Part shown: piece by piece, positions 12,062 through 23,619 of the stretch
Layout of the letters: each line of letters opens with the position of its first letter
Numbering within the stretch: position 1 is the first letter of the stretch
Assembly (NCBI GenBank): GCA_040285825.1
Contig: JAUPSS010000004.1
Span: 744,001 to 808,000, forward strand
Length of the DNA: 64,000 bases
Reading direction: 5' to 3'
From: Eukaryota sp. TZLM1-RC
Lineage: Eukaryota; Protista; Metamonada: BaSk clade
Program-made: the position numbers and the translations under genes
The notes under the pieces: generated by a model
Databases searched by the model: none
What the model was told of the DNA's origin: nothing
Seen by the model: the letters and a program-made list of their open reading frames with translations, nothing else

Positions 12062-14085
12062 GGGAAAACTCCAAAATCCACACGTTTTTCAAAGATAGAA
12101 CAAAATCCACACTTGCAAAACAAAATCCACACACTTTCATAGATTCACAACACAATCCACATTTCCTATGAACATTGATTTTAAACATCTTAGGAACGAT
12201 GCAACATTGGTGGCAACAGAACACAAGACGTTTGAGTCGAGATTGGACTTACAGACCTTCTTACATCAACTTGCACTTCAATACAACAAGGAATTTACAG
12301 TTGCTCCCAACAATAACAAAACGCGGTATGAGGTGAGGTGTACTGCTGCCGAATGTCCGTTCAAAATCATAGCTAGGGCACCAATAGATTCTGAGGTCTG
12401 GTGTATTACCAAAGCGGTCACCCATGCAGCAGGATGTGTAGCCTCTCCGAAGACCTATTTTCCACCAAAGATCATTGCATACATCTTAAAAGAAGACTTC
12501 AGGTGCGAGAGACCGTTTTCGCCCAAAGCGTTGGAAAAATCTAGCTCCGTCATCAAAAATGGTACATCTGCAGCACGGACAATTAGGGCTGCACAGAACT
12601 ACTTATAGGGTGACAGGGAATCTTCCTATAGACTCCTCCCGTATTACTTTTCTGCTATATGTGAAAAGATGCCAGGAAGCGTGGCTTTTGTGAACTTCAA
12701 TGCAGAAGGACATTTTCATAGATGTTTTTTCTCTCTTGAAGCTTTTATTGAAGGCTTTGAATACACCAAACCACTGTTGGGATTGAATGGATGTCACATT
12801 AAGACTCAATATCTTGGTGTTTTGTTGGTTGCCACAACAGTAGATGCAGCTGGACATACTTTTCCTCTTGCTTTTGGAGTAGTTGAAAATGAACATTATG
12901 ATTCTTGGAAATGGTTTATAGAAGAGCTAAAGAAGGTTTTTGATTTGACTGGTATTACTGTCATATCTGATCGACAAAAAGGACTTATCAAGGCTGTTGG
13001 GGAAACGTTGCAAACCTCTCCTCATGCATTTTGTGTAAAGCATCTTGCCGATTATGCCAACGGTAAAGGTTCTAAAAAGACCCGACCGTTCATATTCCGA
13101 TTGGCCAAATGCGGTTCCATAGTTGAATACGAGAAACTGTTGCGTGAAATGACGTTAGTGAGTCCAGTTGCTGCAAACTACATCCGTAATACGGCTGAAC
13201 CACACCATTGGGTTGAATATCAATTTCCAGGGAACAGATGTGGTCATGTTACCAGCAACATAGTTGAATGTGTAAATGCGTGCATTGCAGAAGCTCGTCA
13301 GCTTCCAATTGTACATATGTTTGAATCGATTAGGTCAATGTTGGCAAGATGGTTTATTACGAGAAGAAAAGAAGCACGAAACTTATCATCAACTATTGTC
13401 TGCAGAGCAAATGATATTCTGGAACAGAGACTGTTACAATCTCGAGATTTAAAAGCTGTGGAATTGGACCAAGCTGAATTTGAAGTGAGAGAGAACGGCA
13501 CTGTATTTACTGTCAATGTGGATTCCAACGAATGCTCATGTGGAGCTTTGGAAAAAGAAGGGATTCCATGTGTGCATTTACTCGTACTTCTTTCAGCAAA
13601 AGGAAGTAGAGGTGTTGAATTGTGTTCTGAACTTCATTCAACACAGAGATTTCTCAAAACTTACAGTGGAAGAATACTCTCAGTGGACGACATAAAACTT
13701 CATTGGGTTGTGAAGCAGACGCTAGAAGACAAGATCGAATCAGATATACTAACTCAACCTCCAATTCCTACACCACGAGCAGGAAGACCAGGAGTCGTTA
13801 GGAAGAGGAGAAGTAATGAACCAAGAGGACCCAACAGCCGTAGCGAGAAGTTTACTGATGCAGTTGAACCAGCGCCCAAACAACTACGCAAGTACACATG
13901 TAAAGTATGTGGTGTCGAAGGACATAACGCAAGAGGATGTCCCAACAAAGATAAAGAATAGCTAATAAACAAGATTGTGTGGATATTGATGTATTTGGAG
14001 TTTCTGTGTGGATTGTGAAGTCTTTTGTGAAATTGTGTGGATTTTGCTCCATTTTGAAGAAAAATGTGGAAAATGAATTTATCCC
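12062..14085 (+). mobile_element. MULE (Mutator-like) DNA transposon, complete ends
   Basis: 9-bp TSD taaaagaaa at 12053-12061 and 14086-14094. Imperfect TIRs GGGAAAACTCCAAAATCCACAC / GGGATAAATTCATTTTCCACAT. Subterminal aatccacac repeats. Confidence 0.92.
12168..13961 (+). pseudogene. MuDR-type transposase (DBD-MULE-SWIM-CCHC), inactivated
   Basis: SDRQKGL, FCVKHL, TSNIVEC, SWIM CSC..IPCVH, CKVCGVEGHNARGC. In-frame TAG at 12606-12608 (TAC in the copy at 53607). First catalytic Asp appears as Asn (LNGCH). Confidence 0.88.
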
Positions 14086-15369
14086 TAAAAGAAATCGCTA
14101 TTTTTATCAATTGCGATGAATAAATCTTTAAAAAAAGAAATGAAAACAATATTATTTAAACCTTCAATTAATTCAAATGATTCATCTCCCCATTTGACAA
14201 CTTGACCTTCTTGGGTCAAAGCAAAAGAACATCTAGAGCCACAATAAACGTCCTTAATATTATAAGGAACTAATGAACTTAAATTTTCCGCACTTTACAA
14301 CACACCGAATAACGCTTTAATTAGATGGTCAGGGGCTAACACTTTTAGAATCCCTAACATCGAAACAGGCGGAGCGGTAGACGTTGACAGAGATGCACTA
14401 ATATTTACTTCAGTAATTGGAAGTGGACCAGTAAATCTCGCCAACATTGCACCGGGAATAATATTCTGGGGTATTTCTGGCTCATTGATTTGGCAGACCA
14501 AGTGATGACGTGGCAGTGTAATGATGACGTGGCAGTATTGATTTGGCCATGTGTATTATCTCCCCAACCATACAGCTTACCTTCAGAAGATAGAGCAAAA
14601 GAGTGATCAGAACCAGCTGAAATGGCGACGATATCACTTAGGGACAACTTAATTGGTGATAAGAAGTATAAAGGTCCATGATAAAGAACTTTATCACCAC
14701 CATTATCCCCCCAACCATAAACCTCACCAGAATGAGTGAGGAGGAGGGAATGTGCAAAACTGCTCCGATCGATCGGATATTGTTCCCCTGGATGAAATAC
14801 ACTTAACTCCAACCAAACTGCCCAGTCGATCGGTAACAAGGTCGGTTGAACAATGATCAGAATGATTGGGAGCTCCCAATGAATCTTCTTCATCAGAGGA
14901 AAGGTCCATGGTTGTTGAGAAAGGGACTTGGGAAGCAACAGAAGGTTGTTGTAGAGAAAGGATAGGAGGCGGTACATCAACTGGCGACTTAGGACAGTTG
15001 ACGGAAGGAGAAGGCAACGAACCTAGACGGATGCGCTTAGCAGGAGGTGGAGACGTTCCATCATGTGTAGACGTGTGATCATTGGGTGGTTGGGACATTT
15101 GACTAATAGGAAACACTGAGTCGTGTGAAACAGTTAAAATGCTGAACCCTGCCAGTTTCACACTGCTGATCTTATCTTATTTAAATATTAATTAAACAAA
15201 AAAATTAAATAAGTGATTGCTAATAAATAACTAAATCAAAAAACTAATGAATTGCGTAACCAAAGTTCTACATGCACTTCCTCAACCACATCCAAATTTT
15301 CGTCACCGATCTCCAGCACTGCAACAAGATATTCATCATCCCAAGATACAAATTCTTCAGAGCTCTTTA

Positions 15370-15480
15370 CATTAGCCAATTAATTTCTTAGTCTTGATGA
15401 CATACATAAATACCATGTCTTTCAACAAATTAGCACTCATTTTGTTTCTAATCTTGTTGAACATTGTAACCTTATTGAGT
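15370..15480 (-). mobile_element. hAT transposase C-terminal relic
   Basis: Minus strand reads FNKIRNKMSANLLKDMVFMYV, resembling the end of the hAT dimerisation domain. Confidence 0.35.
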
Positions 15481-16563
15481 TATTAAAAGGAAGACAAGTC
15501 AATCAAGATTGGAAACACACACTTAGGAATTTGATTTGAGTCCAATCGAGTTCACTCGAGTCAAACTTGTCTGACTCTCCTCGTCTCATTCATTGACGAA
15601 AATCCTCCTTAAAATCATAAGATTCACTATTCTATTGATGTCTTCATTATTCTATTCAAATGTCATGTATGATGCCTGAGGGCTAGGGTTAGACATGTGT
15701 TTTAAGAGAGAGTAATTTATTACAGCGATACATGAGCTGCAGCGAATTTCAATACCATCACTCGCGAAGTCTCCATGAATAACTAATAAACAAAGGAACA
15801 AATAGATAAGTCTATCTACACTCTAGAATAGTGTAAAGACTAACATGTATATCAAATATAAATCATACTTCATTTCAAAATAATCAAACAAAAAACTACA
15901 CTTTACTCATTTGCATGCACTCTAACTGTCAACCATAATTTGCTGTTTTTTATACCATTACCTTAAACATAACCAACATCTTGCAGTATTTTCGTTTAAA
16001 CGGGCCCTCTTTTAGCTGATTAGTTAACTAGCGGCTGAAAAAAGGCCTTTGCTTGGTAAGGTGTACAACAAAATAATTGTTTCCAATCTTGCCCAAGTTT
16101 GGAGACTTTTTCACATTCTCCTTTCACCAAACATAGTGCTTAATTTCATAATGTATAATACCTTCCTTGAAATGGAATTTCAGTTTATTTTCGATAAGGA
16201 GATTAATTACACTGGATTCCTATTATATTGGCAGGAACTTTATTGAACAATCCCGTTTTTCCTACTGTTTGCTTTATTCCAGCTTTGTCATTGGTGGCTT
16301 GACTAAATGAAGTGACTGATTGCATCATTCTATTAAGTTGATTGAAATCAACAGCAACTTCTTGTAGTTTCACTGGTAGGTGCACTCTCCACATTGAGTG
16401 TATTCTGTAAACAGATTGGTCTGTTGGCTTTTGTGCACGTGAGAAAAGCATAACCAATGGAACAGATTATCAATGCAACAAGGAAAACCAAGATAAAAAT
16501 ACAAAGAAATTGAATACATGTCATCACCACAACTAACTAAAACTAATATGGCCACAGCCAACA

Positions 16564-17570
16564 CTATTTCTGTTTTTCTCCACACGTTTTCTTTCTCGGT
16601 AAATCTTCTTGGGAGAGCAAGTATCGCCTGCAGCTACAAGGGTTCTTAATAGAGTTTAAGGGCTGTACCGTATTAGTTTCATCAGACCAGATAACGATAG
16701 CTTCACCATTTTCAGTGATGTCAATAGATTCGTTTATGTGTTCTCCTTCATCGGTTGTTACATAAAAATCTAATATAGTATAATATAATCTAGAATTTTT
16801 TTTTTCGGCAGGAACGAGGCACAAGCCTTTATTAAATGGATCATGGTTTTTGGAATGTTCTTGGTAATCGTGTTCTTTACTAAGAGATAGAGTGAGGAAT
16901 TAGTAAGTTGCTTTTTAACTATGTATGGTCCAAGGAAGTGACCATGTTATTTAGCTGGTTTGCAAATAGCCGACTAATCGCTGGGATTGAAATTGGTGAC
17001 CAGGGGGTTACTGGGTTCATGAGCATCAGAATCAAACTCGATTCTATTCCAAGAGTCAATGAGTGTTCGAGTTCAATTGGTAAGATGAGAGAGAAAGTCA
17101 GGGAGATCAAGTTGATCAGCAGATAACTTAAGTGCTTCGAGCTCTTCATGTGGAAGGAGACGAGGAGACGTTTCGGCAAAATTTTTGAACGTTAAATCAT
17201 TATTGCTCATGACTGGGTGTTGCTCTGATTTAAGCACTGAAAAAGAATTTGAACAAAAATGGGTAAATCTGAGTGCTTTTGCTAATTCGAAAATGTGGAT
17301 TGGGTCTGGATCTTCATAATCAGATTCGTCGTCGGGGGGGGGTATTTCACCGTGCCAAAAGGGCTCATGTAGGTAATTGATGTTATTTATTTCCGGAATT
17401 TCTCAATTTATATGTATATTTCTTGACATCAAATCAGCCCAGTGTTTGTCTTCACTTTTTTCATGCACGATATCAAAGTCAAATTCTGACAGGATAGTTA
17501 ACCATCTGTACTTTCCAGGAGCCGTGGCGAGGAATTCAATATTTCTGTGATCTGTGAAGTAGTACTGTAA
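16564..17570 (-). pseudogene. Degenerate Ty3/Gypsy pol relic (RNase H to chromodomain-like tail)
   Basis: 17420-17565 reads YFTDHRNIEFL..RWLTILSEFDFDIVH..HWADLMSR. 16564-16824 has chromo-like VIWSDETNTVQPL. Confidence 0.65.
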
Positions 17571-18023
17571 AGTACTATTCAAAGTGTAAAAAAGTGTAAA
17601 AAAATTGTAGAAATAGACTCATGGAAGAACGAATTGAAAAATTGATAACAGTGTAGGATTTATGAGCAATTTGTCCTCAAGAAGAAGAAGATGAAGAAGA
17701 CAATAAAACAGAAGAATGTATTGAAATATTGGATGTTTACTGTCAGCTGTTGGAAGAAGATTGAGAATCTTAGTTTCCGACGTAATGAACTGAACTGTTG
17801 ATGTTGATTTAGTCTTACAATATATTATTGTTACAATGTGTTTACTTCCACTGTTTTATGTATCATATAATTTCATTCAAGGTTTGAATATTCATTTACA
17901 AAACTCATTTCTGAGTCAGAAATTCTGACGAAACAACGCATTTTTGTGAGCAACATTCGACTGTTCAAAGAATTACACACCATCTAACAAACGTCACTAC
18001 CCACTCTACATTTCTCACCTTCA

Positions 18024-21000
18024 ATGAGCCAAGTTACCCTTGGCAATGCTGAGTTGAGTTCAGAAGTCATTGAGTTTTATGAATCTCTCTTCAGTGATAC
18101 ATTAGTAATTAAACAGCAACTGAACGTCCCTCCTGGGGGACCTCAACTCGAGTACAAGTCCTACATTGGAGGTCATTACAGTCTTAATACGATGATTGAT
18201 GACTTTACACGATACGGGATAGCATTCCTCAATACATCTGGCGGCCTCCTCATTGGGGGCATTTCCCATGATGACCATTCTAGCTCTGCCATCTGTTCTC
18301 TTGATGGAGTTGCTCTCTCTACAAATGAAGTAGATTACCTCCACAATACGTTTGCTCAGCGTCTCTCCCAAATCACCCCTGCCAATGTTCTTCTCAGGAA
18401 CCATATTTCCATTGAGGCCATTATGCTCCATCCCGACCCAAACATCCGACCTACCGATCGATCGGACTCGGATGAAGAGTTGCTTGGCCACGAAAACCGT
18501 TACAGATATCTTATCATCCTCAACGTGGCCTTTTGCGTTACTTCGCCCTCTGCATTCAAGTACCAGTCTGTTGTCTACCTAAGAGATGGTACTTCACTAG
18601 TGAGTCAGTCTATTGGAGATTATCTGCGTTGTTTGAATTTTGATAAAAGGTATGTTTTCCAACAAGACAGTAAAATTGGCTTAGTTGATTATGGACGTTG
18701 GCTGAGTGATAAAGCTTATAGATCACGTCAACAAGGTCAAAAAAGGGGTCAGAATCGCCAAGACCCGTATTCGTTACCTATTCATTCTAAAAAAGATGAA
18801 ATTATTCAAGCATTAAAGTCTAGCAGAATTGTTACTATTTCTGCTGAAACTGGTTCTGGTATGTTTTGTTACTGTGGGATTGGGTCTTACCAAATTATTT
18901 GAATTAAATGTTGTTTTAGTTGAATTTACTTGGTTTTTCCATTGTGTGGACCATATTCCTTGTAATAATGACCCAACATTTATATGAATCTCGATTTGTT
19001 ATTCTATTTCATTTAATCTGTTGAATTTTCCATTCCCATCTTTTTTTAAACAAACTAACCATAGGAAAATCAACCCAACTAGCCAAAATGATTCTTGACG
19101 ATGCTGCTGAATCCAATGTCCCTCTTCCCCATATAGTCGTCTCCCAACAACGAAGAGTTCCTTGCTACACTCTAGCTAGGAGAGTTTCCAATGAATGGGG
19201 ACTCCCTTTCCCTTCTCTAATTGGGTATCATATCGGAGGGGATGCTTGTTTCACATCTGATTGTAGGATTAAATTTGTGACGAATGGGGTGTGTCAGGGT
19301 CTTTTAAAGTCAATTTTGAGCGACCAAAATGGAAGCAATCAAATTGATGTTTTGATTTTTGATGAGGTTCATAATCGTGACGTTGATGGTGAACTTTGTT
19401 TGACTTTGTGTAAGTTCTTATTGGCGAAAAAACCATCTCTAAGAATTGTGTTAATGTCTGCCACTCTGCCCACAAGTAATTTGGCAGATTTATACGCAGA
19501 TCAATACGTTTCAAATTTCAACCCTAACCCTAACCCTAACCCTATGTTGGGGTCAGAGTCTGATGAGCAGTTTGGTAGGTTTTATTCAAATATTCCCTCA
19601 CGATTGCACACAAGTGTACAAGTTTCTGGGCGTAAATTTGAAATTTTCAGGTATTATTTGGATGATCCCCTTTTTGGACGATATTTCACCTATGAAAATT
19701 CGGAATTTCAATCTTTTTCAGACCCTTCTGCCCCTGTTCGATGTAATTTTGAAATTCGTCAGCAATTACCTGCCTTTGTAGAGGGCATAATTAAGAAAAA
19801 ATTATTTTCTCGACATTTCCATAAAGTCAATGGAATTCTGATCTTTTTACCTGGAATGGGTAACATTAATGAGCTTGCAGATGCCTTTGCCACGTCACCA
19901 ATCGCTGGCAAAATTGACGTTTGCATGCTTCACTCCAGTTTGTCTTCGGAAGATAATGAAAAGGCCTTAAAGCCTAAATCAAGAAGAAGAAGAAACAGAG
20001 TAAAGGTTATTTTAGCAACCAATATCGCAGAGTCTTCGCTTACAATTCCTGACATTAATATCGTAATCGACACGTGTGTTCATAAGGAAGTTTGGTATAA
20101 AGAAGCTGAGCGGAACGACATTCTAGTGGAAACCTGGGCGTCGAGACAGTTATTAACTCAACGTGAGGGTCGAGTTGGAAGGTTGGGGCCTGGGGTAGTG
20201 GTTAGAATGATCCCAAAATTTTTTTATGACAATTGTCTACTAGAAGAAAGTAAACCCATGACGCTCAGAGTTTCTCTAACACGATTAGTATTGAGTTGCT
20301 TAAATATAGGGGTAATTGAGCCTGAACAGCTACTACAATCCTTGCCTGCACCCCCTAATCTCAATCGTGTTTCGCAAGCTTATAATGTTTTAATTAGGGA
20401 AGGGGTTATTGTCAACCAAAATTCTGACCCTAACCACAACTCCCACACACTTTCTCCAATGGGAAGAGTTGTTTTATCAGTACCTTTGTCAATTAAGGCT
20501 GCTAAAATGGCCTTTTATGGCTGTTGTTTGGGGTTGGGTGAATACGCCATCATTGCTGCTTGTATATCTGACCGAAAGAGTCCAATCAAGACACCAATGG
20601 GTAATCCAGCAGCTGGTATGAAGTCATTATTGAATTTTTCTGGTGGAGCGAGGTCTGATTTAGTTGCTGGGGTTAATGCCTACTTGTGGTTCATCAAGAA
20701 TAAGGGTTATATTATTGATAATTTAGAAAATCCCCAAGAAATTATTGGAGAATTACCCTATTTCTTGTCACTTTTTTGGCTTCAGGAACTTCATGATGTT
20801 GTTATCCAAGTACGACAAGAATTTTCAAAATTTGGCCTTGTTCCCCAACCACGACGTAGTGAGCTGTTCAATCACCGCATCACTGACACGTGTCACGACG
20901 CGGTGACGAGTGAGGTTACAAGTGGGGATCACGATGACGTCAGCATTGTTGATGATGATAGTGATGAAGATTTGATTGCAGAGGGGGGTAGCTTTTGTTA

Positions 21001-22462
21001 CTCCCAAGTCGACAATGGTGATTGCCAATTTGACTCCATGGTTTCCGATCCACAAATTTCTGATACCAACCCTAACCCTAACCCTAACCTTGACGATGAT
21101 ATTCCAGTGATTAGTTATAGTTCTTTTATGGAACGTTGTGCTCCTCTAGTTTGTTCTCGTCAAGTATCGGAAACTACACAATCGTTACCCATTGACAGTC
21201 AAAATGATGACGTCAGCAAGGCCAATCGAAAGGGGAAAGAAGATGAGGAATTTGTGGAACAATTGGACTTTGTGGATGATTTAAATTTTAACTTTCCATA
21301 CCTTACAATCAAAACAGATAGTTTTGCGAAAACATTTCTACTCCAAATTGTCGCCACTTTCTCCTTTTCGTCTAATGTTTTTCGTTCTCTGCCTCTTGAA
21401 TACAGTGGCTCTGATATTTTTGTTAAAAGTGCACTCAACCGAGCTAATATTGAACCGAAAAGAGTCAAAGATGTCACGTATTTCGAAGGTATTGGCAAAG
21501 ATGCAACTTTCCAGCTAAAATCTCAAGTTGATTCGTTTATGGATGAAGGATCAAAGTGGATGAGTCTTTTAATTACTGAAAATTCTTTTTATCGGCAACA
21601 AAACTTAGTAGTTTTAGATGAGTCTGGTAGGGCTCCTGGGCGTGGAGAATTTTTAAAATTTGATCCTCCTTTTTTTCACTCTCCAATTACTAATTTATTA
21701 TTCCAATTTAGAGAAACTCGTAATAATCAAGGTAATCGTGTCCAATGTGAAAGAATAAGTCGTCATAGCTCAAGTCTTAACAAACTCAGTTCAGTATTCA
21801 ATCCCACACAAAATTCAATATTTACCAAGATTTCATTGGCAAATCCTGGAATTCCATCAACTTCAAGACATCTTTTGTCAGTAGTTTCTGCTACAAATTG
21901 CATTGTTACTTTGAGCAAAAAAGGAAAGCAATCATTTATTTATATGATGGGTCAACAATTGCCATTAATGCCTAATTTATTGGAGAAGTTATTTCTTGTT
22001 TTTTATCAAATTAAAAACTCTGAGAAATTGAATCAAAGTTCACTAAGATTTGCTGAAGTTTTTTCAGAATCAAGATGTTTTTCTTTACAATATAAATGTA
22101 CCAAACAAAATTCTGATTTGTTGCATAATATGAGGGATATTTTTAATCAAGTAATGGAATTAAGTTTGAACGATATTTCTGATATACATGATGGTAGAGA
22201 GATTCGAGCAGAAGATGTATTTAGATTGATAAAGAGAAGGGAACGAAATCTTTGCAAAATTAATCCTTCTCTAAAGTCTTTTAAAGATGTTTGGCAAGTG
22301 TTTTTGGATTTCTTTGATATGCCAGGAGTTTTTGTCAGTTCATCTGTGGACGGACGTGAAGTGCAGGATCTGCTAGCAGAATTTAGATTTCATAGACGTG
22401 TTCGTGATGACCTAGTTCCCAAAAAGAAGAAGAAAAGTTTGATGAATGATGAAGATTACTAG
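18024..22462 (+). CDS. Schlafen/AlbA_2 domain fused to a DEAH-box (DExH) RNA helicase; exons 18024-18858 and 19065-22462, ~1410 aa
   Basis: LEYKS..IAFLNTSGGLLIGGISHDD..YLRDG is AlbA_2-like. Splicing restores Walker A AETGSGKST. Also DEVH, MSAT, FLPG, LHS, LATNIAESSLTIPDI, QREGRVGR and an HA2-like region. Confidence 0.88.
18859..19064 (+). other. Spliceosomal intron, 206 bp
   Basis: GTATGT donor and ACTAACCATAG branch point/acceptor. Removal joins G+GA in frame to give GSGKSTQ. Confidence 0.92.
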
Positions 22463-23089
22463 ATTTGTGATAACTTTACTTGTTTAGAATAAACGAATGT
22501 TTATAAGTTCTAAATATTTCAGTTTATAAAACATGAAAACCAGAATTTGTATAATTGTGGATCATTTTTAATGGAATAAGTTGCTGTCTTGGAAAATACA
22601 ATTTATTAGATATATGTTTTTCAAATAGCTGAAGAGCAGATCATTGAACAAATACCATAAAAGAAATTATCATAATTGTATTTTAAATAAACTGGATAAA
22701 TTTTTGGGCCAGAGCTCAAAAGTACAAGGTTCCTCAGTACAAGGTTTTCACATAATATAAAAGTTGATTAGCTCAAATGAAGAATATCAGCTAGTTATTA
22801 AAATAAACTAGTTAAAACTTTTAAACGTCAATATTGAGCCTAAAGATTAAACTTAAAACAAAACGAATCCTGATACAATATTTTTACAATTCTATGAAAT
22901 TCCTCAAATTTGCACCATTCACATATGTAAAATACTTGTACAAAGTTCGTTCTTTACAGGACAGTGAAGTTCTTTCATTAATGAAAACAGTGACTTATTA
23001 ACCCACTAAAATACAATGATATTTTCTTGCTTGCAATTTTAGTTCCATAGAATTGAATCTTTTTTGGAACCTATGTTGTCAAATCTGTT
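22376..23089 (+). repeat. Direct repeat, copy 1 (helicase 3' end plus downstream region)
   Basis: Colinear, diverged match to 26037-26743. Confidence 0.85.
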
Positions 23090-23615
23090 TGATTCTGAAG
23101 ATGGTTTTCATAAGAATAATAGAGGTGATGTCATATTACCTGGATTAGATGGAAGCTTCATTTTATTGGATGTAATGTCTATTGATCCTTGTAACGCCTC
23201 AAACGAAAGGCTTGTTAATTCTGAAATTCACAATCCTCTTCCAAATGCTGAAAATTTTAAAAATTAAAATACAATGAACCTTTGTCCAAATTGTTTAGCC
23301 AACAGCATACAAAATACAATTTGTATCCATTTGTATTTTCTATATTTGGATCACTTGCTGTATGTTTTACTTGACTATATGTTTTTTGGCAGATTTTGCA
23401 ATGATTGTAAAGAAAAAAACTAACAGAAACTTTATCGGATTGTTTTGGCAAAATATAATTGTGTTTTCTATTTTTAAGAGGATGTTGAAGTTGGATTCTG
23501 ATGCCTTGCTTTCTCTTGAATCATACTATGACTATGAGAGAGCTGGATCTAATTGTTTTGTTGTGGGAGAGCTGGATTATTTAGATGTTGATTTATAGGT
23601 TTTATAATAAATAAA
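23050..23615 (+). mobile_element. 3' part (RLE domain) of a CRE-clade element, family B-like, degenerate
   Basis: LEPMLS..RGDVILPGLDGSFILLDVMSIDP..WQN. Frameshifted. Confidence 0.75.
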
Positions 23616-23619
23616 CATT

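Larger units (their letters stand above)
10338..15098 (-). pseudogene. RCC1-repeat protein with a C-terminal LRR-like region, frameshifted and interrupted by a MULE
   Basis: RCC1 repeats HSLLLTHSGEVYGWGDN, SAGSDHSFALSSEGKLYGWGDN..GQI and VWAWGSNYQSQLGTGD, spread over ORF pieces on both sides of 12062-14085. Confidence 0.75.

Noticed and set aside
4212-21518. Many short ORFs antisense to or overlapping the long genes
   Set aside because: Shadow ORFs with no recognisable motifs.
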